In this document: in pieces, positions 1 to 9,404 of the stretch
How the letters are laid out: each line of letters starts with the position of its first letter
How positions within the stretch are numbered: position 1 is the first letter of the stretch
Source of the DNA: Candidatus Nanoarchaeia archaeon
GTDB lineage: Archaea; Nanobdellota; Nanobdellia; Woesearchaeales; GW2011-AR9
Length of the DNA: 57,457 bases
Assembly: GCA_035289845.1 (NCBI GenBank)
Contig: DATDWB010000048.1
Coordinates: 1-57,457 of the forward strand
Direction: 5' to 3'
Translations under genes and position numbers: made by a program
The notes under the pieces: generated by a model
Database searches by the model: none
The model's input: only the letters and a program-made list of their open reading frames with translations
Told to the model about the DNA's origin: nothing

Positions 1-140
1 TTGAGCTAAAGCAATTTTTGAAGTTGAAACGCCATTCAAATATTGTTTAACTATCCAAACTCTTTTCTTAAAAGTTAGTTCATACATAGAGCCTCACCAA
101 AGTGAGGCATTATAAGCGAACTAATAACGGGATAGTACAG
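1..140 (-). mobile_element. IS fragment (transposase-start end), truncated by the window edge: imperfect terminal inverted repeat plus the first 29 codons of an HTH-type transposase
   Basis: Minus-strand ATG at 87 reads MYELTFKKRVWIVKQYLNGVSTSKIALAQ in frame to position 1. Bases 116-140 (gcgaactaataacgggatagtacag) are the inverted complement (18/25) of 57318-57342. A 7-bp hairpin gcctcac/gtgaggc lies at 91-107. Confidence 0.6.
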
Positions 141-192
141 AGGTCGCCAAAACCAAAGCTTTTTTAAATCAGCCCTAATTTTGAAACATTAT

Positions 193-267
193 AGCGGGAT
201 AGGGAAGCTAGGAGTACCCGTCGGGCTCATAACCCGAAGATCGGAGGTTCAAATCCTCCTCCCGCTA
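193..267 (+). tRNA. Initiator tRNA-Met (anticodon CAT)
   Basis: Cloverleaf by eye: acceptor AGCGGGA/TCCCGCT with A1:U72; anticodon arm TCGGG-CTCATAA-CCCGA with three G:C pairs closing the loop; T arm GGAGG-TTCAAAT-CCTCC; discriminator A; no encoded CCA. Confidence 0.85.
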
Positions 268-279
268 CTTTTAGTCTTA

Positions 280-302
280 TTTGACCTTTTTGTCCCACTT
301 TT
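280..302 (+). repeat. 23-nt exact repeat tttgacctttttgtcccactttt (copy 1), 13 nt downstream of tRNA-iMet
   Basis: Identical 23-mer at 48216-48238. Both copies are followed about 25-40 nt later by a similar ctaaNttNactttataa segment and then a + strand ORF. Confidence 0.8.
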
Positions 303-373
303 TTTAGAAATGTTTTTATCCTAATTTTACTTTATAAGAGCTGGGATGACAAAAAAGTCTCAGTTTTAAGAAA

Positions 374-667
374 ATGAAGGCAGATGATAAATTAGTGGAG
401 GAAGTTAGCTATAAAATGAGTGAAGGATTACATGAGATGCATAATTTACGGGCATTGCACTGTAAAACTGCAGAGTTATACACCCGCAGTGCAACCTCCC
501 CAGATATGAAAATTCGACCTTACTTCGGTTCCGGATCGATAGACGACCTAGCCATGAAATCTAACTATGGTAAAGTTGGCGCCCCTGCTCAGGACAAATC
601 ATATGAGATAAAGAGCTTATTCAAGCCGTCCCTAGGTTATGGAAACAATGACCCTTTATACCACTAA
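374..667 (+). CDS. Hypothetical protein (97 aa)
   Basis: ORF track only; no recognisable motif. Confidence 0.35.
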   Translation: MKADDKLVEEVSYKMSEGLHEMHNLRALHCKTAELYTRSATSPDMKIRPYFGSGSIDDLAMKSNYGKVGAPAQDKSYEIKSLFKPSLGYGNNDPLYH

Positions 668-903
668 CAACTCCTGCAGTAATTATGCTGTTTGTTCCAG
701 CAGTTATTTTAGTTCCTCAGCTAAACCTAATTGCTGCGGGCGCAGAACTATTGATCCCGGCCGGCAGTGCCCCAGCTGTCCGTTTAGGTAGGAATGGTAT
801 AGTTTTATATAAAGAAATAATAAAATTACATTTATTCTCCAGATGTTATATTCTCCCCTAATTGTAAGCAATTATTATAAACTACTGTCTATTCCTGCGG
901 ATA

Positions 904-2148
904 ATGAAATTTAAAAATAAAGTAACCAGTTTAATATCTGCTCTAACCCTAGGTTTAACCAGCTGCCCAGCAGCCTATGTGAAAACACCAACCGGAATAT
1001 CTGAAGAAGTAGAAGATAATAAGCGAATTCAAAGAGATGACCTGGTTGCTAAAATAGAATCATTCTCTCCCACGATCCATTCTGAATTTGCGGCTGGTAA
1101 AATCAATGCTTTTCATAAAACTGTAGACCATCCACTATTAGATGCTCATTACCTGCCCAAAACAGAATACAATATTCCATCTATAATCATAGAATGCAAA
1201 CCCGACTTCAGCCAATGTGAAAATGAAGGAGTGTATAACTCCCTGGGGCACCATGTCTTTGCCCAAATGTCAGATCTAGAGAAAGATAAATTTAAGCAAG
1301 TAATTGCTAAACGATTAACCCAAGCTGATGCCAAAGATTTCAGCTTAAAATCAACATTTATGCGTAAGGAATTGGATAAAGTAAATCAAATTTTAACTGA
1401 GGGGTACTTAACTAAATTATATTGTGACGGATTGGTTGCTGATACTCTTCATTTCCGGGAGATAACTAAATTATATCTGTCTTTAACTGTTGACTTAAAT
1501 TTATTGCCTGAAGGCAAAAAATTAGCTATACTAGCTAAATCTTTAGACCAGTATTCTAAACAGTTTATTAGTTGCAATCCCGAAAATTTGTTCCAGGCGG
1601 CGGCAAAAGAAAAGGCTTTGGAAACAGAATTTGTAACCACACTTAAAAATATCCAAAAACTATACCTTAATGAAACAATCGAACCAGTGGAAGAATCAAG
1701 TTTTGAAAGCCTAAATTATCCTTTAAAAATAAATAATTTAGATCAAATGAAGCTGGCTAGGGAAGAGTACTTAATTTCAGTTCAAGAAACATTTACTGAA
1801 ATGAGAGCGTCGCTAGGATCGTTGCCTAGCAATCAACTAGCTAAAAAATTAGACCAGGATTTAAATGTAATTGAAACTAAAATTCTTGATTACCATAAAA
1901 TTATAACAGAACTAGCGGCTAATATTGTAAAAAGTGTTAACCATCTTAATTTGACTTTTGACCGCCATAATCAAGCCGAAGAATTATTTTCCGGAGCGGT
2001 TGTTTCCTTATGCACTACCTATAAAGACAACTTCCGCCTTGGTCCACTAAAATTTAAGTTAGATGGATCAATGCTAGGTTTTTTTTCTGAATTCAAATAC
2101 CAGAATGAACTGATTTTCAAAGAAGAAGTGGATAAATATAGGAAATGA
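904..2148 (+). CDS. Hypothetical secreted protein or lipoprotein (414 aa)
   Basis: N-terminal signal-like segment KVTSLISALTLGLTSC with a lipobox-like LTSC; the rest looks helical and shows no known motif. Confidence 0.5.
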   Translation: MKFKNKVTSLISALTLGLTSCPAAYVKTPTGISEEVEDNKRIQRDDLVAKIESFSPTIHSEFAAGKINAFHKTVDHPLLDAHYLPKTEYNIPSIIIECKPDFSQCENEGVYNSLGHHVFAQMSDLEKDKFKQVIAKRLTQADAKDFSLKSTFMRKELDKVNQILTEGYLTKLYCDGLVADTLHFREITKLYLSLTVDLNLLPEGKKLAILAKSLDQYSKQFISCNPENLFQAAAKEKALETEFVTTLKNIQKLYLNETIEPVEESSFESLNYPLKINNLDQMKLAREEYLISVQETFTEMRASLGSLPSNQLAKKLDQDLNVIETKILDYHKIITELAANIVKSVNHLNLTFDRHNQAEELFSGAVVSLCTTYKDNFRLGPLKFKLDGSMLGFFSEFKYQNELIFKEEVDKYRK

Positions 2149-2153
2149 CTAAA

Positions 2154-2984
2154 TTATTTAGACCTGGCTAAGTAAGCATCCACTAATATGTCGCTCAGTG
2201 GCTGTAAAATTAATTGGGCGTTTCGGATAGATTCTTTAATTACTATATCAATAGCAAATTTTTCCGCGTGAGTAGAAGCTTTTATTTTATTATCAACCCG
2301 ACTAAGTTTTTTTTTGGTGGCAATTTCTGGAGTAAGATTTATATCCGAAACTGGCGCCGGAATAAGGCCATCTATGGTAGAAGAAACACCCTCTAATCTT
2401 CGCTGATAAATCTGTTCATAATTCAGGCTGAATAACTCCCAAACTGCCCTAACAGAAGTTGGATTATACACCCCAAAATCAACCGTAGATTTAACTACTC
2501 TATCCAATTGATCCTTCAACGGTTGACGGAATTTAAAGTAATCATGATCCTCTGCTCGGTTAAACCGAGTTATTTCCTTAAAATTTTTTAAAAGTTTAGT
2601 GGCCGCCTCAACTAGGCCAGATCTTAAAGCCTTTTTTTTTAATTCAACCAATTCCATACTACCGGGGGATGAATATACTCTCAGTTGTTGTTTTCTATAG
2701 CCTATTAGCTCACCCGCCGTATTATTAGCTCGCGATAATAAGTTCTGATTAGAGGTACAAAAACTGGCAATTGCACCTACAGCTCTTATTTGCTGAGCCA
2801 AAGCCGATAACTTGTTCGCATTAGCTTGATATTCTTTAGCTATCCAGGGTCTAGAATCCGTTCCCTCCTCAGCCCGGCATTCTCCAGCCACCATCTCTAA
2901 ACAGGCTGGAAAATAATCTAACAATAGGTAACTTGCTTCAGTGTTTGGTGGCAGATTATAGGGGCCGTCCTTATCAAAAATCAT
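2154..2984 (-). CDS. Hypothetical protein (276 aa)
   Basis: Long ORF convergent with 904..2148; no motif recognised. Confidence 0.45.
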   Translation of the reverse strand: MIFDKDGPYNLPPNTEASYLLLDYFPACLEMVAGECRAEEGTDSRPWIAKEYQANANKLSALAQQIRAVGAIASFCTSNQNLLSRANNTAGELIGYRKQQLRVYSSPGSMELVELKKKALRSGLVEAATKLLKNFKEITRFNRAEDHDYFKFRQPLKDQLDRVVKSTVDFGVYNPTSVRAVWELFSLNYEQIYQRRLEGVSSTIDGLIPAPVSDINLTPEIATKKKLSRVDNKIKASTHAEKFAIDIVIKESIRNAQLILQPLSDILVDAYLARSK

Positions 2985-3071
2985 ATTAACTTCAACCCAG
3001 CCCCCATTTATAAATATTTTGGGAATTTTACTACTATTTAGGGTTAAATCTGCGGAGGAATACTCCGCGTT

Positions 3072-3503
3072 TTAAATGTCCAATAATACTTTAGCCTTCC
3101 AACCTCGGGGAGTCTTCTTTACTTCAAATAGGTGCATGGTAACCGCTTTGACATCTACTTTGGGATCATGTTTAGTATGGCTTAACTTCTCGCCGTGGGC
3201 TTGGCAATCCAAAGAGTAAATACCATCTTTCAGCTGTCTTATTTTAAGGTCAAATTTAGTAAAGATCAGCTGCTTTGAATCTTTATAGAAAATTAAGTCA
3301 TCCAAAAAATCAAACAGCAGTCTTTCTATATCCTTATGTTTAATGGCAATATGCTGCTTTACTTTGGGCTTGATCCGGTTAATATCTACTTGTGAATCCG
3401 CAGCAGCTAGGGCGCATTGAATAAATAGATCCTCTAACGTACCTGCTTCGGCTTCAAACAAGACATCTGCCGTATGTTCCAGAAATTTGTAGAAAGGCTG
3501 CAT
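3072..3503 (-). CDS. Archease (RtcB tRNA-ligase activator family)
   Basis: N-terminal YKFLEHTADVLFEAEAGTLEDLF matches the archease signature (F.EHTAD...A.G.....F); size is 143 aa. Confidence 0.85.
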   Translation of the reverse strand: MQPFYKFLEHTADVLFEAEAGTLEDLFIQCALAAADSQVDINRIKPKVKQHIAIKHKDIERLLFDFLDDLIFYKDSKQLIFTKFDLKIRQLKDGIYSLDCQAHGEKLSHTKHDPKVDVKAVTMHLFEVKKTPRGWKAKVLLDI

Positions 3504-3597
3504 ACGGTTAGTATTTAAGACTAAGTTTTTAAGGGTTTTGATTAGTTATATTAGTTATTGATAAAGTTTATAATAATTAACTTTATATTCATTTCTT

Positions 3598-3921
3598 ATG
3601 AGCGATTATACTACTGAGAAAAAACTAATTTTTAAAAATTTTACTTTAGATGATTTAGCCCACCTGCCAGTATTTGAATCCGTGGTAGCTGATTTTCCAG
3701 AGTATCTTCCTCCTACCGAAATTGCATGCATTAATTTAGGTACAAAGATAGTAGTAAGTTTTGTTTTAGGAATATCAAAAATAGACTATGGAAAAATGAT
3801 TCGTCATTCATTGATGATTTCTGAAAGACTAGACCAGGAAACAGAAATGATGCATAGGGATTGGATAAAACACGATGAAATAAGTGACATAACCGGCTAC
3901 CTGCCTCTTAAAAAATTTTGA
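3598..3921 (+). CDS. Hypothetical protein (107 aa)
   Basis: ORF track only. Confidence 0.35.
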   Translation: MSDYTTEKKLIFKNFTLDDLAHLPVFESVVADFPEYLPPTEIACINLGTKIVVSFVLGISKIDYGKMIRHSLMISERLDQETEMMHRDWIKHDEISDITGYLPLKKF

Positions 3922-3932
3922 GTCTAAATAGT

Positions 3933-4850
3933 TTATTTCTTCCTAATAGTATAAAATATCTCGTTGGGAAATTCTAATAACTTATACTCATACCCTAATC
4001 TTTTTACCATCAACTCAATCCATCTTCTACGCGGGTAATTCATTCTCTGCCCGCTCATAGTCAAGGTAGGAAAACTTACCACTACCCATTTACAATCCAG
4101 TGATTTAATCAGCTGTTCCGATTTTTTATGCCCTCGGCCTTGATCTAAAATATCAGTCATTTTGAACAAAAAAACTACCTCCACCTTAGGAAAAGATTTT
4201 TCCTGGGTTATATCCGCCGCTTGGGCTAATCCCCTAATTTTAGATTTTTTTTGTAGAAGAGTAAAAAATTTATTTAACAACTCTACTTCCACATTACTTA
4301 AGTCGTAAGCATAATACTCCATTGAACTTAACCCCATCAATGGAATAGAAAATGGGTTTATTCCACACCCCAAATCTAGAATTTTAAGTGGTTTACCAGA
4401 CATTTCCCATAATTGTCCATATAATTTAGGATAAAAATCTAATCTTTCTTTAGTTGAAGAATGAGCGGATAAAATATTGTTTAATCTTTCAGACTTTTTC
4501 AGCAGAGGTGATTTAAGGTAAGATTCTACCAAGTGGGACAACAAGGGTGATTTTCTTTCCTTCCTGAACAACCCGTAAACCCGCCTCAACCTAGACCGAA
4601 CTTCTTTAACTGTCTGTTTATATACTGCTGAGCGGGGATTAAACAACCCCTGAACCAAATTAGGGTTCTTATCCAGATAGCGTTCTAAAGTCTGCTGCAC
4701 ATAAATTGGATTTACTGAATTAAGCTCCCGCTTTTTTTTAACTGCTAAAATTAGTTCCTTTAATTGACCTGGGTCCAAATTAAATTTATTTGGTTTAAGC
4801 CTGGATTTAAGAATATCAGATTTAGTCCAATTTAATTTTCCCGGCATCAA
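3933..4850 (-). CDS. FmrO/ArmA/Rmt-like SAM-dependent 16S rRNA (guanine1405-N7) methyltransferase homologue
   Basis: Collinear motifs resemble remembered ArmA: HSSTKERL (ArmA HSSTNERV), ILDLGCGINPFS (ILDFGCGFNPLA), YYAYDL (YHAYDI), VVFLFKM (VVFLLKM), VVSFPTLTMSGQ (VISFPIKSLSGK), NEIFYTI (NELVYIT). Confidence 0.65.
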   Translation of the reverse strand: MMPGKLNWTKSDILKSRLKPNKFNLDPGQLKELILAVKKKRELNSVNPIYVQQTLERYLDKNPNLVQGLFNPRSAVYKQTVKEVRSRLRRVYGLFRKERKSPLLSHLVESYLKSPLLKKSERLNNILSAHSSTKERLDFYPKLYGQLWEMSGKPLKILDLGCGINPFSIPLMGLSSMEYYAYDLSNVEVELLNKFFTLLQKKSKIRGLAQAADITQEKSFPKVEVVFLFKMTDILDQGRGHKKSEQLIKSLDCKWVVVSFPTLTMSGQRMNYPRRRWIELMVKRLGYEYKLLEFPNEIFYTIRKK

Positions 4851-4909
4851 CCCAATATTAAAAATGAACTATAAAAACCTTTTTAAAGAGTTAAAAAAAT
4901 AGTACCTAA

Positions 4910-5569
4910 ATGGATAAATGGGGTAAAATTAAAGCTGGAAGCAAAAAAGTATGGCTGTTTATCTGGAAAGGTGATTCTTTTTGGAGCTGGCTGGTAAATG
5001 CAATTATAGCTTTCATAGCTATTCGTTTCCTAGTTTACCCTCTCCTAGGCCTTATTTTGGGAACAGGGCTGCCAATTGTAGCAGTAGTCAGTGAAAGCAT
5101 GGAGCATGGGCTGCACAACCAAAGAATATGCCAGCAGACCATTGAAGAATTTAGAGATTCATTTACCAACTATTGGGATGTCTGTGGTGAATGGTATGAA
5201 GATATAGGGATAACTCAGGAGCAGTTTTCAGCTTTTCCATTTAAAAATGGGTTTAATAAGGGAGATGTAATAATACTTTGGCGAGCAAATGTAAACAACA
5301 TTCAGGTCGGGGACGTACTGGTATTCAAAAGCATCCAAACTCAGCCCATAATTCATCGCGTGGTTAAGATCTTGGAAGAAGAAAATGAAATATTTTACCA
5401 AACTAAAGGCGACCATAACAGTGAAAGTATTAGTGGAACTTATGGAGAAACTAAAATTAGCCAGGGACGAATCCTAGGCCAGGGCGTATTCAGGATACCA
5501 TACCTTGGATGGATAAAAATATTGTTTGTGGATGCGGTCCGGCCTTTGGGTATAGTTATCGACAGCTAG
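4910..5569 (+). CDS. Signal peptidase I, archaeal/Sec11 type (S26B)
   Basis: N-terminal TM segment, then VVSESMEHGL (catalytic Ser box), GDVIILWR, IIHRVV and TKGDHN boxes. Confidence 0.75.
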   Translation: MDKWGKIKAGSKKVWLFIWKGDSFWSWLVNAIIAFIAIRFLVYPLLGLILGTGLPIVAVVSESMEHGLHNQRICQQTIEEFRDSFTNYWDVCGEWYEDIGITQEQFSAFPFKNGFNKGDVIILWRANVNNIQVGDVLVFKSIQTQPIIHRVVKILEEENEIFYQTKGDHNSESISGTYGETKISQGRILGQGVFRIPYLGWIKILFVDAVRPLGIVIDS

Positions 5570-5701
5570 GTTTAAGAACAAATCTCTTAGATGATGGACA
5601 GACCAAAATGACAGATAAGTTAATAAAGAACTAACTGATTTCTTTAGATAAATTCAAGAATAAACTCAGGAAAAAATCAAATTAATATCCAGGTGAAATG
5701 T

Positions 5702-6019
5702 ATGTTCTGTCCCGAATGCGGCTCAATCTTAAGACCAAAGGAAAAGGCTGGTAAAAAAATTCTGTTTTGCAGTTGTGGGTACACTAAATCTCTAGCCAAG
5801 GGAGAAGCATCACCCCAAATTAAAGAAACGGTAGATGCGGCTAAGAAAATAGAAGTTATCGAAAAGTTAGATACTAACCCTAAAATCAGAATTACTTGTG
5901 AAAAGTGCGGCCACGGAGTAGCCTATTATTGGACCCAACAAACTAGAGGAGCAGATGAACCCGAAACTAGATTCTTCAAATGTGAAGAATGCAGCTACAC
6001 CTGGAGAGAATATGCTTAA
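5702..6019 (+). CDS. tfs: Transcription factor S (TFS) / RNA polymerase subunit M-like
   Basis: MFCPECGSIL...CSCGY N-terminal Zn ribbon and C-terminal CEKCGH...YYWTQQTRGADEPETRFFKCEECSYTWREY with the acidic DE loop. AGGTGA lies 5 nt upstream of ATG 5702; the track ORF starts at GTG 5693. Confidence 0.9.
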   Translation: MFCPECGSILRPKEKAGKKILFCSCGYTKSLAKGEASPQIKETVDAAKKIEVIEKLDTNPKIRITCEKCGHGVAYYWTQQTRGADEPETRFFKCEECSYTWREYA

Positions 6020-6530
6020 TCCTCATCGGTTAAATTATTTACTAACTGAAACTCAATCCTTCCAGGAATGGAAATTAAGCCATCCGGAAAGTTATTTGTC
6101 CCATTTCTTCTGCCAAATAAATTCAGAGATAAAAATAGGCGGGGTGGAAGAAATTGGCTACTTTAATCCGGCTTCCCAAAAAATAACCGTTTTCCTAGCT
6201 TTAGAAGAACAAGAATTCAAATTAAAAGATGAAGAAGAAGTATTTAAGAAAGAGTCATCCGAGGTTGAAAAATTAGATTTATCCCAAGCTAAGATAAATT
6301 TTGAGGAAGCTTCTAGGATCTGTTTAGATCGCCTCCCTAAATTTTTCCCCCAGGAAGAACGAGGTGATGGATTTGTGGTCCTGCAGACCTTAAACCGAAA
6401 AGCGCTCTGGAACTTTACTTTTATTAGTAAAAAATTAAAATTTTTAAATTTAAAAATCAATGCTGAGAACGGGCAAATAGAATCTAAGGAATGCTTTTCA
6501 GTAATATCTAATGACAAAAATAACCCCTAA
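6012..6530 (+). CDS. Hypothetical protein (172 aa from ATG 6012)
   Basis: The track ORF 5955..6530 overlaps the TFS 3' end. The internal ATG at 6012 overlaps the TFS stop codon, suggesting coupled translation. Confidence 0.45.
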   Translation: MLNPHRLNYLLTETQSFQEWKLSHPESYLSHFFCQINSEIKIGGVEEIGYFNPASQKITVFLALEEQEFKLKDEEEVFKKESSEVEKLDLSQAKINFEEASRICLDRLPKFFPQEERGDGFVVLQTLNRKALWNFTFISKKLKFLNLKINAENGQIESKECFSVISNDKNNP

Positions 6531-6590
6531 TAAGTCTATGTCATTTACTATTATTACCTCCACCGAGTTAATATATCAATATTATATATA

Positions 6591-6639
6591 ATAGAGAAGT
6601 TTGCGGATAAATAATTTAATTATGCAAACTTCTAAATAG
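6591..6639. repeat. Palindromic repeat, type C (agagaagtttgcggataaataatttaattatgcaaacttct)
   Basis: A near-identical copy lies at 15193-15231. Termini AGAGAAGTTTG/CAAACTTCT are shared with the type B elements. Confidence 0.85.
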
Positions 6640-6646
6640 GATTTTT

Positions 6647-7174
6647 TTACACCAAATTATGCCAATTATCTTTATAATACTTATACCTTAAATCAAATTC
6701 TTCTTTAGGAGTAAGATTAATTCCTAGACTTATCAATTTTGATTTTAGGTCTAACAAATCCTTATCCTGCTCTTCCAGAGTAGACATCTTCTCTAATTCT
6801 AAGATATAACCATAACCTTTAGTTGAATCCAACATGATGGTGATACCATCCCACAAAAAAGTATGGCGCTCTCTAAACCACTTTATAGTAGTTGAATATC
6901 CTAGTGTTTTAAACAATAATTCCAGATTAACAAATTCTTCTTTAGGAAATTTTATCTCTATCTCCTCCCTCTGCTCGGAATGCATCTCCCCTTTCTTCAG
7001 CCAGATTTTAGAATAAAAATTATTTTTCTGAATCCGCAGATCTTGTCCGGCATCTAAGTAATGGGTTTCTTGCTTATCAGTATTAATTAAAGTCCCCTGT
7101 TGAGTGAAAAATTTAATTAATTGAAGATATGTTTCCGGGGATATAAAAGTCCTGATTTCTACTTCAATAGCCAT
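6647..7174 (-). CDS. CYTH-domain protein (CyaB / triphosphate tunnel metalloenzyme family)
   Basis: N-terminal MAIEVEIRTF resembles the ExExK signature; size is 175 aa; alternating charged beta-strand pattern. Confidence 0.55.
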   Translation of the reverse strand: MAIEVEIRTFISPETYLQLIKFFTQQGTLINTDKQETHYLDAGQDLRIQKNNFYSKIWLKKGEMHSEQREEIEIKFPKEEFVNLELLFKTLGYSTTIKWFRERHTFLWDGITIMLDSTKGYGYILELEKMSTLEEQDKDLLDLKSKLISLGINLTPKEEFDLRYKYYKDNWHNLV

Positions 7175-7310
7175 TTTGAATATACTAAAGTTGTGCTCTA
7201 TTTGACGAATATATTTTCGAGGGCAATAGTCTTTATATATTTACCCCTGCCTTGCAAATACAGATAGGTGTTGATAAAAAGAGGTGATAGATACTTTTTA
7301 TTAATTATCC

Positions 7311-7437
7311 TATAGAGAACTTTGCAAAATTAGATGATTTATTAGCAAAGTTCTAAAGAGAAGTTTGAAATAGTCGTAATTTTGACCTTAAACAAACAAT
7401 ATATTAACCAAAATTATTTTTTTTCAAACTTCTCTAT
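7311..7437. repeat. Composite palindromic MITE-like repeat (type A hairpin plus type B element)
   Basis: A: gaactttgc-27 nt-gcaaagttc (7317-7353). B: agagaagtttgaaa...tttcaaacttctct (7357-7435). The same A+B composite lies at 20708-20830, and B occurs inverted at 15113-15190. Confidence 0.85.
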
Positions 7438-7539
7438 AATTAAATTATATGGTCTAATTAGGAGATATATTTTACATTAATTAATGTTAAATAATTAACT
7501 AACTAATAGGATTATAATCTAACCTATTTAGTAAATCCA

Positions 7540-8181
7540 CTAACTAGAATACAGCTTATCAATGTGCAGCTGCACTTGCCTTGATACTTCCTCTTTAGAA
7601 AAAGTGCCATCAATAACTACCACTTTATGTTTTTCTCCAACCAAAGCAATAGCTAACTCATAATTAGCCGCAACTTGTTCTAACCGTTCTTTTTGTTCAA
7701 AATATTCTGGAGAACCGCTGCGGTTACGGCTTATTCTTTCCAAAGCTACCTCCACTGGAACTCGCAGAAAAAAAGTTATATCTGGAGTATGAAAACCATC
7801 ATGCAGCCCTGCCAACTGTTCCATCTGCCCGCCTTGAGCTGATTGATAAGCCAAAGTGGAAAGCATATGCCGGTCAGAGATAACTTGGATTCCATTTTTT
7901 AGATTAGGAACAACTACCTTATCCAAGTGCCATTTCCGATCATTGATAAACAAATTAGCCCAATAATCAAAAGTATGAATTTCCATTTCATGAGGCAATA
8001 ATTCCCTTTTCAAACGCCGCCTAATTTCCAACCCGTAAACAGTATGCGAAGTTGGTTCACGAGTTAGGATGGGAACAAAATGTTTCCCTTTATCGAATAA
8101 ATAAGAAACCAATTCTTTAGCTTGAGTAGTAGTCCCAGCCCCATCCAAGCCTTCAAATACAATAAATTTACCCGCGTACAT
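7540..8181 (-). CDS. tmk: Thymidylate kinase
   Basis: GKFIVFEGLDGAGTTTQAKEL P-loop, DRH and LID-like region. Start moved to ATG 8181, which is preceded by GGTGATAAG; the track ORF extends to 8235. Confidence 0.85.
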   Translation of the reverse strand: MYAGKFIVFEGLDGAGTTTQAKELVSYLFDKGKHFVPILTREPTSHTVYGLEIRRRLKRELLPHEMEIHTFDYWANLFINDRKWHLDKVVVPNLKNGIQVISDRHMLSTLAYQSAQGGQMEQLAGLHDGFHTPDITFFLRVPVEVALERISRNRSGSPEYFEQKERLEQVAANYELAIALVGEKHKVVVIDGTFSKEEVSRQVQLHIDKLYSS

Positions 8182-8364
8182 CTTATCACCTAGATTAGGT
8201 ATTAATAGGGGGTTATTAAATATTTTGAGAATCAAATATTTAGTTCAGAAAACTGTTAACTTCTATACCCATAAAATAGTTCTTTCCTAATATCAGTCAA
8301 TATTCTTAGTAACACTCATTCCGCTACAACAATCCATATAAAACCAAAAAGTCAGGTTAAGGGA

Positions 8365-9372
8365 ATGATTATAGGAGTTACTAGTTTATTGGCTGCAGGC
8401 AAGGATACATTGGCTTCATTGTTAGAAAAACGTAACTTCACCCACGTGTCTTTATCCGATTTTCTTCGAGAGGAATTAAAACTAAGAAATAAAGAACCAA
8501 CCCGAGATAACTTAATTTCCCTAGGCAATGAACTACGGAAAGAATTTGGCCCTTCAATATTAGCTCAACGAGCCTTAGCCAACATTCAAGAAGGAGAAAA
8601 TTATGTATTTACCTCTATCCGCAACCTAGCGGAAGTAGAATTACTGCAGCAGCGGGAGGATTTTATCCTAGTTAACATCATCGCTCCCCTAAATGTGCGG
8701 TTCCAAAGACTGCGTCAAAGAGGAAGGGTTGGCGATCCGCAAACTATAGCTGAATTGAAAGCTAAGGAACAAGAAGAAAGCAGCAGTGAAATCCACAAAC
8801 AACAGCTTTCGGCCGTGGCCAAAAAAGCAAAAGTAACTATCTCCAACGAAAAAACGGTGGAAATCCTGGACAAAAAAATAGAGCAATTTCTTAATGATTG
8901 GATTTATAAGCTCCAGCCCAGCCGGCCTAATTGGGAAATTTATTTTATGAATATTGCTGAGCAGGTCAAGTTGCGTTCCACCTGTATGTCAGCTAAAAAA
9001 GGAGCCATTATTGTCAAAGATAAGATGATAATATCCACCGGGTATAATGGTTCGCCTAAAGGAATCAAGCACTGCACTGAAGGCGGCTGCCAGCGGTGTA
9101 CTTCTAGGCATCTGGGCAGAATAAAATCGGGAGAATATAGCGAACCCTGCATTTGCTGCCATTCCGAAGAAAATGCAATTACCCAGGCCGCGTATAATGG
9201 AACTGCCACTAAAGGCGGGGTTATGTATACCACGTTTACTCCCTGTACGATGTGCGCCAAGATGATCATCAATGCGGGGATTGTAAAAGTTGTAGCCCAG
9301 AATAATTACCCTGATAAAGTCAGCGGAGAGTTGTTTAGAGAAGCCGGGGTAGAGTTTGTTATTTTGAAGTGA
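8365..9372 (+). CDS. Fusion protein: N-terminal P-loop nucleotide-kinase-like domain plus C-terminal dCMP deaminase (ComEB/CDA zinc deaminase)
   Basis: N-terminus IIGVTSLLAAGKDT (degenerate Walker A). C-terminal half carries CCHSEENAI (HxE) and TPCTMCAKMIINAGI (PCxxC) zinc motifs. Confidence 0.75.
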   Translation: MIIGVTSLLAAGKDTLASLLEKRNFTHVSLSDFLREELKLRNKEPTRDNLISLGNELRKEFGPSILAQRALANIQEGENYVFTSIRNLAEVELLQQREDFILVNIIAPLNVRFQRLRQRGRVGDPQTIAELKAKEQEESSSEIHKQQLSAVAKKAKVTISNEKTVEILDKKIEQFLNDWIYKLQPSRPNWEIYFMNIAEQVKLRSTCMSAKKGAIIVKDKMIISTGYNGSPKGIKHCTEGGCQRCTSRHLGRIKSGEYSEPCICCHSEENAITQAAYNGTATKGGVMYTTFTPCTMCAKMIINAGIVKVVAQNNYPDKVSGELFREAGVEFVILK

Positions 9373-9404
9373 ACATTTATAAATAAGGCTATTTCATAAG
9401 TTTT

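Noticed and set aside
685-861. 58-codon hydrophobic ORF (MLFVPAVILVPQLNLIAAGAELLIPAGSAPAV...) in a locally GC-richer spacer
   Set aside because: It has no ribosome-binding site or motif support. It could equally be non-coding structured sequence, and the evidence is too weak to call.
5955-6011. N-terminal 19 codons of track ORF 5955..6530 overlapping the TFS 3' end
   Set aside because: The overlap with a highly conserved zinc-ribbon coding region is unlikely to be translated. ATG 6012, which overlaps the TFS stop, is the more plausible start.
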